From contig NC_133621.1 in the NCBI RefSeq assembly GCF_048593235.1, positions 299,035,146 to 299,099,145 on the forward strand: DNA of 64,000 nucleotides, in the 5' to 3' direction. Numbering within the stretch: the stretch's first letter is position 1; each line of letters opens with the position of its first letter. The DNA comes from Sminthopsis crassicaudata. Taxonomy: Eukaryota. The notes under the pieces are model-generated. The model had not been told where the DNA came from, searched no databases, and saw only the letters and a program-made list of their open reading frames with translations. A program made the position numbers and the translations under genes. Of this stretch, positions 1 through 11,895 are shown in pieces.

Positions 1-299
1 GGGAAGGATTTCTGGAGATGTAAAGGGAGAGAGTGGCAGACATCCCAATGCCCCCTTCCCCAGAGGATGGAATTTGGTCTAAGGGACTCAGAAGTGTGTC
101 TGTGACATGTCCTCCATTTAGACAGTGAGTGAAAAGAAGGGATTTTATTTTCCCATCTTGCCTCTTCTTTCATCCTTAGCTCTTATTCCTCTCTTAAGAG
201 GGAAATTAAGATCAAGATCTACAGCTGCAAGGCACTTTAATTCTCTAATGCTGTTTCCCCATCTATAAATGGGAATCCTAGTAGAATTAAAAGTAGGAT

Positions 300-500
300 T
301 TGTTTAATCTATATTGGATTTCTTGCTACCCAGAGAGAGGGAGAAAGAGGGGAGGAAAGGAGAAAAACTTGGAACACAAGGTTTTGCAAGAGTGAATGTT
401 GAAAATTATCTTTGCATGTATTTTGAAAAATAAAAAGCTATTATTATTATAAAAATGCAATTGAAACACAGTTTTAAAAATAAATAAAAATTTAATACAA
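300..500 (+). mobile_element. L1 3' UTR remnant (marsupial type)
   Basis: GGAACACAAGGTTTTGCAAGAGTGAATGTTGAAAATTATCTTTGCATGTATTTTGAAAAATAAAAAGCT followed by an A/T-rich tail. The same L1 tail recurs near 21300, 27300 and 49020. Confidence 0.7.
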
Positions 501-1748
501 TATAAAAAGTATTAAAAGCAGGATGATATGGTGTCAAAAAGAACAGTGTTCAAATCCCACCTCACAAATCCCCTAACTTCTCAGTGAGGAAACTCTGTAA
601 GATTCCTGTCTTCATAATCTGGAGGTTTACAGATCTCCCTAGAGTCCATGGATGTAAGGGATCTGTGAACTTGAGAGAAAAAAAAAAGGAATTACATTTT
701 TAATTTTACCAAATTTGAATGCAAATGTATTATTTTATTTTATACTTAAACAAAACACATTTTTTTTCTTAGAAGAAGGCTCTGTGAAACAAATTAATCT
801 AAATTCTTCTGCTTTAATTCTATGTAGAATTTTATGTCTGGGGGAGGGGTGAAGTTCCCTATGTATACAATGTCCCTGCCCTAACAGAATCCTCCAATCT
901 CCACTTGGAAGGGACTTCATAATAACTATTGAAATAAAATCTTCCTCTGAAACTTTTTTTCAAAATGGTCATCTAGATTTACTTTGAAGACCTCCAAGAA
1001 TGGGAAATGTACTTCCTAAGGCATCAGCTAATTCCCTTTTGGACATCTCCCATAGTTACACTGAATAGATAGTCCCCTCTGCAGAATCCCCAAATTTCTG
1101 CTGATTCTGTCTCCAAGGCTAAATTCTCTCCTGTAAGACAGCCCCTTTGTATTTTCAGGGGAGGGTTAGGTACCCAAGCCCAACACCCCTGACTATTCCT
1201 TCTCCTGTCATCTATCTAAAGGGCAAGAGAATTGTTCCATAAAACTTGGAGAAGTTGGAGAAACAGAAACCTTGATCACCAGGCTGAGAGTTCCTAGCAG
1301 TGAGTGGGGCAGAACAGATACAGCTCCCCTCCTCTCAAGCCTCCAACCAACTCCAAGTGACTCACACCCCGAACCTGATTCCAGTGCCTTCCATCTCCTG
1401 GCAAAGTTTTTTACCCTTATCTATTCTCTTCCTTCTCCCCACTCAATTTCAGCGCTGGGAGTTTATTAAAGAAGAGGGGAGCAGAGCTGGGCTCAAGCTG
1501 CTGGCTGTGGGGGTCCTGCTTTGCCCTTCAAAGTTCATTTGCCACTGGGAAGAATGGAGGGTGTAGTGTGGAAGGCTTTATTTTTCCCTTAGTTGAGACT
1601 TCAGAAAACTTTAATTATAGGGAAGAAAGAGTGAGGCCAGATGTGGCACCTTTGGGTGCCACATTTGGGACCCAATTCAACCTTACAAATGTCACCTTCA
1701 ATCTAGAGGGGCTAGGAATGAATTGTCAGCTTTGAAAACACACACACA

Positions 1749-2497
1749 AGTATATGTCAATAAATTTGATAATTTAAGTGAAATGAAGAAATATCTACAA
1801 AAATATAGATTGCCCAGGTCAACAGAAAATAAAATAAGTTATTTAAATAGTCCCATTTTAGAAAAAGAAATCAAAAAAAGCTATTAATCAACTCCCTGAG
1901 AAAACTCTCCAGGACCAGTTGGATTTACCTGTGAATTCTACCAAACATGTAAAGAACAATTAATTCCAATACTATGTAAACTATTTGAAAAAACAGGGAA
2001 AGAAGGATTCCTGCCAAAATCCTTTTATGACACAGATATGGTGCTGACAACTAAACTAGGTAGGGTGAAAACAGAGAAAGAAAATTATAGACCAATATCC
2101 CTAATGAATATTGATGCAAAAATCTTAAATAAAATATTAGCAAAGACATTAGAGAAAATCATCCCCAAGACAATACACCATGACCAAGTAGGATTTATAC
2201 CAGGAATGCAGGGCTGGTTCAATATTAAATAAACTATTATCATAACTGACTATATCAATGACCAAACTAAGATCATATGATTGCCTCAATAGACGCAGAA
2301 AAAGCATTTGATAAAATCCAACACCCATTCCTAATAAAAACACTAAAAAACAGGGGTCAACTAGGTGATGCAGTGGAGAGCATCAGCCTTTAAGTCAGGA
2401 AGACCTGACTTCTCAGACACTAAATCTTTCCTAGCGGTGTGACCCTGGGCAAGTCACTTATCCCAATTGCTTCAGGGGGGGAAAAACACTAGAAAAC
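1749..2497 (+). mobile_element. L1 ORF2 internal fragment (N-terminal part of reverse transcriptase)
   Basis: ORF 2038-2232 contains [22 protein letters not shown]...[17 protein letters not shown], a hallmark L1 ORF2 sequence. Frameshifted and truncated at both ends. Confidence 0.92.
2353..2481 (+). mobile_element. tRNA-derived CORE-SINE (WSINE1/SINE1-like) nested in L1
   Basis: GGGGTCAACTAGGTGATGCAGTGG...TGTGACCCTGGGCAAGTCACTTA. Target-site duplication (TSD) AAAAACACTA(A/G)AAAAC at 2336-2351 and 2482-2497. Confidence 0.85.
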
Positions 2498-3217
2498 ACA
2501 CACATCCTTTTCAAAAGTCAATATTCCACTAAAACATCCTATGTTAAACACTCATACTTTACAAAATTGAGATGTAGGGAAGCTTCTCCCTTTCCTAGAA
2601 AGTATTCAATTAAGACAATGTCTATACTGGATTATACCAGCCAAAGAGAGGCCTGGAGATTCCGCCCCACATAACAACATAGGATTTACGGCTGGCCACA
2701 AAATGATACCATTCAGATTAGAAAACTTTCCAGGCCAAGTTGGCCCACCTCCATCCTCTCCTGTCTGTGGGTGTCTCTAGTCTTACTGAACCTTGTAGAG
2801 GTCCCCCATCATGTCTTTACATAAAAGGAGAGAAAAATGGGCAAAGTGCCCAGGGCTGAACCTGTGATTTTCTGACCTGCTGTCAGAAAGCACTCCCTGC
2901 TCAGTCTGTATCAGGAAGCTGGAGGGAGGCAGGCTGAGGTTCCCCACAAACTCCCTGCTCAAGGAAGGGAGTGACTGGGACCCCAGTGGGTGCATTGGTG
3001 CTGACAGAGACTAAGGATCTCGGGTAGCCTGTGACACATTCTCCCCTTGGGTACCCATAGACAGAGAGAGTGTGGTGAAAGGTTGTGTTTCTAGCTTTGG
3101 CTGACCTTCTAAGAAAGACTTTGGAAATTGGGCCGACTTCGTCCCTGAGATACAACCCCTTCTTCTTTTGTGCTCTGTATTGGGGGAAAGTGCCAGGGGG
3201 CTGGGCTGGAGGTGTGT

Positions 3218-3258
3218 GGAGGCGGGCTCCCAGAGGAAGCTTAGCCGGATATTTGAAG
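3218..3258 (+). promoter_or_regulatory. G1 core promoter: GC box and TATA-like TATTTGAAG
   Basis: GAGGCGGG near 3220 and TATTTGAAG at 3250-3258, 115 nt upstream of the ATG. The same motif lies 115 nt upstream of the ATG in G3 (32831, TATTGGAAG), G4 (41116), G5 (51357) and G6 (62636), and 119 nt upstream in G2 (16459, TTTTTGAAG). Confidence 0.6.
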
Positions 3259-3364
3259 AATCCAACACTTTCCTGAGTTACTATCTCACAATCAGAGTTG
3301 GTCCTTATCCTTCCAGGTCCCAGAGCAGCCAGGAGAATCGCAGGAGCATTTCTCATCTTCCACC

Positions 3365-6165
3365 ATGGCCAATGTGAGTGCTTCAGGAGGCTCCGTGTTC
3401 CAACTGAGGCTCCAGAAGGGGGGCATCCTCTGGGCTTGATGCTTGGAAATGAGCCTGGAGACTCAAGAAGGGTGTGTTCAGGAAGGGCTGGGGATGTTAT
3501 AACCTCCCATCCTACCCCCATAGGTTGGGACTTCTTTCTCTTCTTCTCTAACCCCAACCCTGACCTCCCCAGCCCTCAAGGGATGCCTCTTCCATGCCCT
3601 CCTCTTTGCAACTTGTCTTTGGCAAGCTGATAAATCCAGAGAGATTCTAGGGAGAGGGGAGTAAGGGGGAAGTGGGATTAAGGTTAGGGTGTCCCTGCCT
3701 CGGAGAAATTCCATCTGTGTGGGGATGCTGAGGAGGAGAAGGTATAATATGGAGGAATCTTCTTCCTTGAGAAGGAAGGAAAAGAGAAGAGGTGGCTGGG
3801 AAGGGGAATGGGGACCAAAATGAGTCTTTTACCAGAGAATCAGATTTTTCTGGAAGAAACAATGGTTTTACAGAGTCAACTCCACTTCAGCCTTCTGGTA
3901 CAGAAAGACTTCAGACTCCATTAGAAAAGGAAGAAGGTGGAAACCAAAGAAGGTGTGGGACAGGGGGCAGCCCTTCCTCTCCCTCTTTTAAAAGTGATAA
4001 CCAATTGATCTCACAAATACACTATTTCCTCTTCTCTAGGAAACCAGTTTATGACACCCCTCACCTTGTTCTCAATTATTTCTCTAAGGATTTGGAACAG
4101 GAAGGACCACACATCTGTGCTACCTCGATGCCCTTATCCTTTTAAGGAGAAGTTTGTTTTTAGTGTTTCTACCAGGGTGATCTTTGATTCCCCTTCTTTC
4201 GGAATCTCCTCCTCCCTCCCTTGCCGATTCCCCTTCAGGAGAAGGGGAATCAGCAAGGATATGATTGGCTCCTGTCGTTGATTGGCACCCAGATTTGGCC
4301 CTGGAGAATGGGCAAAGCTCTTCTGAACACTTTTCTTGGGACCATTTCCATCCTTAATAATCCCTACTTAAGCTCTCAGAGAATGAGGAAAAGGGCAGGA
4401 CAATGACTGGGAATATGGGGGAGGTGAGGGAAGGCTGACCTAGCTACCAAGGAGTTTCCCCATTGAGTTACAGTTTATCTCCTACCCCTGGGATATAACC
4501 ACAATCCTCCTCCTCCTTCCCATCCTCCTTCATCCTTGAGCAAGGGCCAGGATCCATGTGATGGTAACAAAAGAAGACTTTGGGGCAGACAGTGGAACAG
4601 AAAGAACATAAACCTGAGACTGCAAAAATGTGGATTCCATTCCTATTTCTGTTGGTGACTTGTGTGACCTGGGGAAGGTCCCAATTTGCTTCTTTGAATC
4701 TCAGTTTCCTGAGAAGTTGACTGGGTCAGTCACTTAGGCTAGGTCCTCATTTAAAATATGGGGAAACTGAGGCTTAGAGACATGAAGAGAGGTTTCCTCA
4801 AGGTCACAAAGCTAGGACTGACTCCCACTTCAGCTCTGGCTCCCCTCAGCTCCCAGCCAATCCTAACCTTGCTGTGCTTGGTTTCTTCAGCCATTGCATG
4901 CCATTAAGTTGAACCTGAAACCTGGACGGAGCCTAAGACTAGTGGGAGATGTGTCATCTAATGCCCAACAGTAAGTACAAAATGGGAGGGATGAGGCAAT
5001 TTAAACATGGGTGAGAGCTGAATCCTTCACACATCTGCCTGCACTTGACCCTTAGAAGCACTAAACTTGTTTGGTCTCAGCTCTAGATGACTGGTCTTGG
5101 ACACAGAATTAGGGAAATCTTTCCAAAGGAAACTTCCCAGTCCCAAATGAACTATTTGGATAGGTAGTGAATTCCTTGTGTCTGGAGGTAGCGAAATGTG
5201 GGCACTGGTGACTTGTTGGACAGGGTGGGGGAAGGAGGGATACTGCTTAAGAGAGACCTTCTGGTAAGGTTGGAGTGAGAGTCCCTTTGGGGGGATTCTC
5301 TGAATGGGGATTTTCCAGGCTCTGAGACCTATGTTAATGACAGAGATATATTTTCTGTCCCCAGATTTAGAATTGCATTGAACAATATTGGCGATAACAT
5401 TGCATTTCACTTGAATATACGCTTCGACTATCTCCAGGATCATCACACTATAGTCTACAACACCATGAATAACGGGAAATGGGGCACGGAAATAAGACAG
5501 AGCTATTTCCCCTTTCTGCAAGGGGTCAGGATGGAGGTAAGAACCCAGAATCAGAGCATGGTATATACCCCGGGGAAGGACCCAAGACAGGATCTCTTCC
5601 ATCCCTTGCATTAGACAGAGGAGGCCTGGGAAGCAAATTGTGATGGGGGAAAAATGAAAAGCTAGAGGGTGAAGAGGGTCAGTGGGTTTCCAAAAGCCAA
5701 TGGCCAGAAACCCAGAATCCCTTGAGATGAAGAGGGAGAGTGAGTTGTGAAGGACCACAGCTCCCAACAGGATAAGAGAAGACTTGGGGCATGCTGGGAC
5801 ACATTACAGGACCCTAGCTTTAAAGTGGGAGGGGCCTTCAGGAGTTATCTACTCTGACCCACTCATTTTACAGAGGGGGAAAGGGAGGCTTAGAATGGAG
5901 AAATGCCTTACCCAAGACTCCCAGGGTCTTGGAGTCAGTGTCTTGAGCTGGAATTTGAATCCAGGCCTTCCTGTGTCCAAGCTCTGTGTTTACCTACTTC
6001 TGCCCTCTTCCCATTCAGATTTTCATAGTCTTTCAAGGGACTCACTTTGCAGTAAAGTTGCCTGATGGATATGAGTTTAGTGTCCCCAATCGCAATGAGA
6101 TAACAGTAATCGAATGCTTGGGAGTTAGTGGAGACATCAAAATGAGAGCACTGTCCTTCGTATGA
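3365..6165 (+). CDS. G1: galectin-1-like prototype galectin, 135 aa, canonical binding site
   Basis: Exons 3365-3373 (ATGGCCAAT|gtgagt), 4891-4970, 5365-5536, 6019-6165 = 9/80/172/147 nt as in LGALS1, all GT-AG. Protein MANPLHAIKLNLKPGRSLRLVGDVSSNAQQFRIALNNIGDNIAFHLNIRFDYLQDHHTIVYNTMNNGKWGTEIRQSYFPFLQGVRMEIFIVFQGTHFAVKLPDGYEFSVPNRNEITVIECLGVSGDIKMRALSFV. HxNxR, VxN and WGxExR motifs intact. Confidence 0.93.
5820..5970. mobile_element. MIR-like CORE-SINE in intron 3, shared by all array members
   Basis: CTCATTTTACAGAGG...GGAATTTGAATCCAGG motif. Homologous copies sit just before exon 4 at about 10975-11110, 18910-19080, 35415-35560, 43345-43490 and 53395-53550. Confidence 0.65.
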
Positions 6166-6221
6166 GCCCTGCAATCAAGCCCGCTTCAGACCATTCTCCA
6201 GGCTTGAAGCTTTTTATTACT

Positions 6222-6227
6222 AATAAA
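6222..6227 (+). terminator. G1 polyadenylation signal
   Basis: AATAAA about 57 nt after the stop, in a conserved TTATT(A/C)CTAATAAA context. Paralogous signals at 11366, 19331, 35810, 43739 and 53807. Confidence 0.8.
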
Positions 6228-7679
6228 AGTCCTGATGATGATAACAGTTGACATTGTCTGTTATTCTGGTCGGGGGATAGAGCGTTTGGAGTTGAATAGG
6301 ATGGCTGAGTGAGCCTGGACAAAGTCCCTTATTCCATGGCCCTTTGGTGCCTCTTTAGGAAAAGAATTCTCCACTGGGATTCATAAGTCATTTTTAGATG
6401 GAAAAAAATCCCATGTTCACTAACTTTCAGTTTTCCTAGTATGGCTCTGTGGTATTTATGTATGTAAAAATATGATTCGTATCCCATTGTTTGCCCTTTT
6501 GATGGGTAAAGAAAAATGAGAGGGAAGGACAGAATTGGGAGTTCAAAACTTTTAAAAGTGAATGACAAAAATAAATACAAAATGAAATATTCACTGAATG
6601 AAAAAACACAACACCATCACCACCATATTATTATGAGAAGTCAGGAGTCCAGGCCATAACACAAAGGTGATAAGTACTTAGAAGCTTCCACACTCCCTGA
6701 TTAACCAATGGGGAAGAGTACCTCCAGAGTAATAACCTGGGGGTATCTCTGTGTATTAGGGAAGGGAGGGGACTTGACCACAGACTGAGCAAGTCCACTT
6801 GCTGGAAAGTTGCTGAATCCTAACCAGTGAGACACTGTGAACCTTTGAAAACTAGCCTCAGAAAGCTCAGAGAAATCTGCAGACATGATGGGTGGTTCTG
6901 GGACTCCCTGATTCTGGAGTCAGACCTATTGAGCTCGAATTTGGCCTCTGACACTCACTGTTTAAATGACCTAGGAGAAGCTTCTGAGCCCCAGGTTCCT
7001 TAAGGGTAAAAATGAAGAGCTCCCAGCTCCTTCCACCTCTATATACCTGTGCTCCCATGGGTCCAAGTCATTCCCCAGCCTCAGTTTCCTCCTCTGTAAC
7101 ATGAGGAAGTTGGACTCCATGGCCTCTGAGGTCCCTTCCCTGAGCCTCTAATCTCTGCTCTCCTCTTCTGAAGTACAATAAATTCCATAATTTCTTCCCA
7201 CCTGGAGGGGAAGAATATGAGATAATATGATCTCTAAGGCCCTTCCAATTCTGAACTGATGATCCCAATGGACCATTTCTTGGAACACTCTGTGTCATTA
7301 GTTCCTAAATTCCTTATTCTGCCTGGGTCAGGGATTTCCCTTCTTTCATACATAGCTTCCTCTGATTGGTCCTGGACCTTCAATCCTCCTTATTCTTTTA
7401 TAGATTTTGGAGGGTGCAATATCCTTCTTGGTCTACACGTGTATTGTTCCCTCTTTAACCCATTCCTGATGTGAATAGGAGTAGCCCTCCTCCCTGATCT
7501 AATATTTCTGTATTGGGTCTTGCTATTACATCTTATTTATAGAGTATAATTACTATTTTTCCCTTTTCTTAGTTTTTTTTTTTTTCTATTAGAGTTACAT
7601 CATACTCAGCTCTACCCCAGGTTTTCTTTTGGATTATCCAATTATTAATATTAATCTCAGGCATATGGTTTAAATTTTA

Positions 7680-8177
7680 AATTTATTTTAAATACACATT
7701 GTTTTATGAATTATGTTGGAAGAGAAAAATCAGAGCAAATGGGAAAAAGCATGGGAGAGAAAAACCAAAAAACCCCAAAAAACAGAAAAAAGAATTGAAC
7801 CTAGCATGTGTTGATTTACATTCAGTCTCCTCAGTTCTTTCTCTGGTTGCAGAGGGCATTTTCTGTCCAAAGTCTGTTGGAATTCCTTTGGATCACTGAA
7901 CTGTTGAGAAGAACCAAGCCTTTCATAGTTGATCATCACACATTCTTGCTGTTATTGTGTACAATGTATACCTGGTTCTGCTTGTTTCACTCAGTGTCAG
8001 TTCATGTAAATCTTTCTAGGCTTTTCTATAATCAGCTTGTTCATCATTTTTTTTATAGAACAATAATGTTGTATTACTTATGCATGTACCATAACTTATT
8101 CAGCTATTTCCCAAGTGAAGGGCATCCACTCCCTTTCCAATTCTTTGCTACCACAAAAGAACTGCTACAAGCCATTT
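7680..8177 (-). mobile_element. L1 3' end (ORF2 C-terminus and 3' UTR), runs into a gap
   Basis: Minus strand reads ACSSSFVVAKNWKGSGCPSLGK, a degenerate form of the L1 ORF2 C-terminal [19 protein letters not shown] motif, followed by the L1 3' UTR. Confidence 0.75.
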
Positions 8178-8535
8178 NNNNNNNNNNNNNNNNNNNNNNN
8201 NNNNNNNNNNNNNNNNNNNNNNNNNNNNNNNNNNNNNNNNNNNNNNNNNNNNNNNNNNNNNNNNNNNNNNNNNNNNNNNNNNNNNNNNNNNNNNNNNNNN
8301 NNNNNNNNNNNNNNNNNNNNNNNNNNNNNNNNNNNNNNNNNNNNNNNNNNNNNNNNNNNNNNNNNNNNNNNNNNNNNNNNNNNNNNNNNNNNNNNNNNNN
8401 NNNNNNNNNNNNNNNNNNNNNNNNNNNNNNNNNNNNNNNNNNNNNNNNNNNNNNNNNNNNNNNNNNNNNNNNNNNNNNNNNNNNNNNNNNNNNNNNNNNN
8501 NNNNNNNNNNNNNNNNNNNNNNNNNNNNNNNNNNN
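8178..8535. other. Assembly gap (358 N)
   Basis: Run of N. Confidence 1.
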
Positions 8536-11163
8536 TCTGGGTTTCTGGGTCACCCAGGGCCTTGACTCAGCTGCAGTTCTCCATTTGCCATTCCTTTTCA
8601 GGAAAAGTTCCCTCAATAATCTGGACTCAAATGCCCCAATTTCCCTTGCTGCTTCTGGGAGGTGAAAGTTTCTATAATTCTGACTGAGGCTACCTTCAAA
8701 CCCAGCTAACCCCAGGGCTCCCTGCTATCCTTTCAACAAAGCTCGCCCCAAGGTATTTACACTTTATACTAACTAATCCTCTACCCAAACCACTTTCTTC
8801 TGGGCTTCTGCAGTAGTCCTAAAAGGATCCTTGTTCTGTCCCAAATCTTGTTTGTTTTTCACCAATCTATGTTTGTCCTAAGGCTCAATTATATTTTGTT
8901 TATGGGAGAAACCTAGAGTGCTTTGAATTTTCTGATCCATTCTGCCATTTTCACATAATCCTCCCTCTTTGCTAACTTTAAAAGACATAATTCGTTTACA
9001 AATCAGACCCTCAACATTTTTTTTAGGTTCTTATGTGAGGTACAAGATTGAGGTTTAAAAAATAAAACCAAGATCAAGTGTTATATAAAAACTTAAATTC
9101 TCTGAAGTTTCAGAATTATAGAACCAACTTTAAGACCCGTAGTAAATTATATAAAGTTTTATTACTGGCAGATTTTAGCAGAATTATCTACAACCCTTTT
9201 ACAAGTAATATGGAATGAGAGAAGCAGTCTCCTTAGATACTAGGAGAATGAGACCTATTCCAGAATGTCCAAGAGAAAATATTTCCACTCCATCATCAGT
9301 CAAAATGGGAAATTGAGGGGATTAGGACAGCAAGTGATCGATTTGGGGAATTGAATAAATTACACTGACTCAGTTTTGGTACTCAGTAATACAGTTAGTC
9401 CAGCTTCCTTTCTATGCAATTGTGGATCTAATCCATATTCCTTCTTGGGAGAAAACTTTATGGTATTTTTGAACCTGGCCCTACATAGCCTAGAAGCTGA
9501 ACCATGTTTCCCTCCTATTTAGAAACCCTTACCTAAAGATCTAAATTGGGCCGACCTGAAATCTGATCAGATCCAAAATTGATGCAAGGAGTTTTCTTAC
9601 AATTATACATTTTAAGCAATCTATATTACTTATCTGAAAAGTGGCCCTGTAATGTTCAAACAGTTATTGTTTCTACACTCCTTGCATTATATAAAGATAC
9701 AAGTCAGAAAATTAACTCCCCACCATTGACTCTCTCTCTCCCAACTTTGAAAGTTCCTAATCTCTCCTCCTATTAAAAATCAGATTACCTAATTTTGTAT
9801 TGACTACCTTTTAATTAATTGGCTTCATTTGTTTATGATAAAAACCTGTCTCTTCTTGTATGGGGAGGGGGTGCAATCCTAAGGTGATGAAGGGAGCTTC
9901 TCTGGCTTTGTTGGGCAATTGTCAGACATTGCTTAACACATCAAAAAACTTGTTAGGCTGATCTTTCTGTCTTCAGTCATTTAATATTTCACCCATAACA
10001 ACCAGGAAGGGGGTTGGCACACGGATTTTTATCTCCTTTTTATAGAGAAGGAAACTGAGTTTCAGTCAAGATATTATTTGTTCATGGGTCACATAGCAGG
10101 GCAAATGGGAGGAGACAGTACAGGGGGAAGGTGAAGAGGCTAGAAGCAAGTTCAGAATGTGAAGCATTTGGGGATGGTGGGAGGCTTGGGAGGACAGGAG
10201 TTGTGTCTAGTCTGCTCTGATTGCTGTTGGGGGCTCTCTTTCCCTGGTAATGATGGGTTTGTTTGTTTGTTTGTTTTTTGGTTTTTCCAACTCTTCCAAA
10301 GTTTATGGAATCCTTTCTTTGCCCTTGAGATAAATGGTGGGAGAAGGAATAATCAGGGATGTTGGATTTGAGTGCCTGAGCCTCGTCTGAAAATACAGAG
10401 GAGCTCTGCCATAGGAGAGGATTTAGTCTACTCCTGCTCAGCCCCAGAGGCAGAACCAGGAGGAATTTGGGACAGGTACAGAGGGACTTGCCTATTCAAT
10501 CCAACATAGGGAGCTGTCTTTCTTAAGGACCATCCCTTAAGCCTAAATCATGCTAGCTTTCACTGATTGGTCAACAGTAGGAACTAGGACAAGCCCCAGA
10601 TGGTCATTATTTCAGCAGGGCTTGGTTCAGAATGAATGTATTTAATAATTGTTTCTGTTTTGGACAGAAATCCTCAGGGTCATCCCCTCCCAGACTAAAT
10701 TACCAGAATCAGAGCAAGGAATATTCCACTTGGGAAGAATCGAAGAAATTTCTTCCACCTTTTTTTGCATTTGACAAAAAAGTCCTGGAAGAAAATTCTG
10801 ATGCAAAAAAAGACAAAAAGATTGAGGGAAAATGATTCAGTGGACTTCCAAAGGTCAACGACAAGAAGGCCAGCATCCCTTGGACTGAAGTGGGGAGAGA
10901 AAGTGAGAGAGCTGTGATGGGCTGTGATCCCAGTAAGACTGAGATATGCCAGGGTACATAAAAGGATCCTGGATTTAAAGCTAGGAAGAACCTTAGAACT
11001 ACCTACTCTAACTCCCTCATTTTACAGAGGAAGAAACTTAGAAATTTGTTCAGTTCACACTATGTCTTCTAATGAGTGTCTTGAGTTGGAATTGGAATCT
11101 AGATCTTTCTGTCTCCAAGCTTAGGTTTGTGTGTTCATCTCGGTCTGTCTTCTCCCCATTTGG

Positions 11164-11371
11164 GTTTGCATAGAATTTAAAGGCAGTTTTGTAGGGAAGC
11201 TGCCAGATGGGCTTCATTTGAGTTTCCCAAATTGCACTAACTTAACATCAATGGATTCTGTGGCAGCTCAAAGTGACATCAAAATGAGAACATCGGAATT
11301 GCCAATGAATTTTCCTTTCATGCCAGTTTTAGATCATTGTTCACTTTTGGAGCTCTCTTACTACTAATAAA
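11164..11371 (+). pseudogene. Galectin exon-4 remnant, paralogue of G2, exons 1-3 deleted
   Basis: Translates VCIEFKGSFVGKLPDGLHLSFPNCTNLTSMDSVAAQSDIKMRTSEL, close to G2 exon 4. The acceptor is mutated (CCATTTGG instead of CCATTCAG) and PNR has become PNC. Intron-3 homology begins near 10703, joined to upstream-flank sequence with no exons 1-3. AATAAA at 11366. Confidence 0.88.
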
Positions 11372-11684
11372 AGTACTGCTGATGATAACAGCTGGCACTG
11401 TCTGTTATTCTGATCTGGGGGATAGAGGTCTGGGTTCGGGTAGAGAAGGATGGTTGAGTGGGCCTACACAAGCTTGAAAGCCCTTTGATGACACTAAGAG
11501 AGGAGTTCTCCACATGTGATTTTTAGGTATGAAAAATATCATTTTTTTTGTTGCTAACCTTTATTTTTTTCTGGAATTACTATGTGGTATCCACATATAA
11601 AGAAAAACATCATTCCAATTCATATCGTATTGTTTGCCCTTTCAGTGGGGAGAGGAAGAACAAGAGAGAGGGAGAAATTTAAGA

Positions 11685-11815
11685 NNNNNNNNNNNNNNNN
11701 NNNNNNNNNNNNNNNNNNNNNNNNNNNNNNNNNNNNNNNNNNNNNNNNNNNNNNNNNNNNNNNNNNNNNNNNNNNNNNNNNNNNNNNNNNNNNNNNNNNN
11801 NNNNNNNNNNNNNNN
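11685..11815. other. Assembly gap (131 N)
   Basis: Run of N. Confidence 1.
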
Positions 11816-11895
11816 TATTTTTTTTGTGTGAATGTTTTATATATACATATATACATGTATATATGTATATATAAAACATTCACACAAAAAAAATA
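11816..11895. repeat. Perfect 80-bp palindrome next to the gap
   Basis: TATTTTTTTTGTGTGAATGTTTTATATATACATATATACA|TGTATATATGTATATATAAAACATTCACACAAAAAAAATA, centred on CATG at 11854-11857. Confidence 0.9.

Noticed and set aside
5027-5767. 246-aa minus-strand ORF, and 218-aa ORF at 2901-3557
   Set aside because: They are antisense to galectin exon 3 or the promoter, resemble no known protein and are not preserved in the paralogous units.
6230-6270. TGATGA...CTGA downstream of polyA signals as a C/D snoRNA, and an ATAACAG/CTGTTAT hairpin
   Set aside because: The boxes are far too close for a snoRNA, and the stem is intact only in G1 and the pseudogene. More likely ordinary cleavage-site context.
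7808-8687. Long ORFs of 170-285 aa here, and those at 11582-11923
   Set aside because: They are open only because they run through N gaps.
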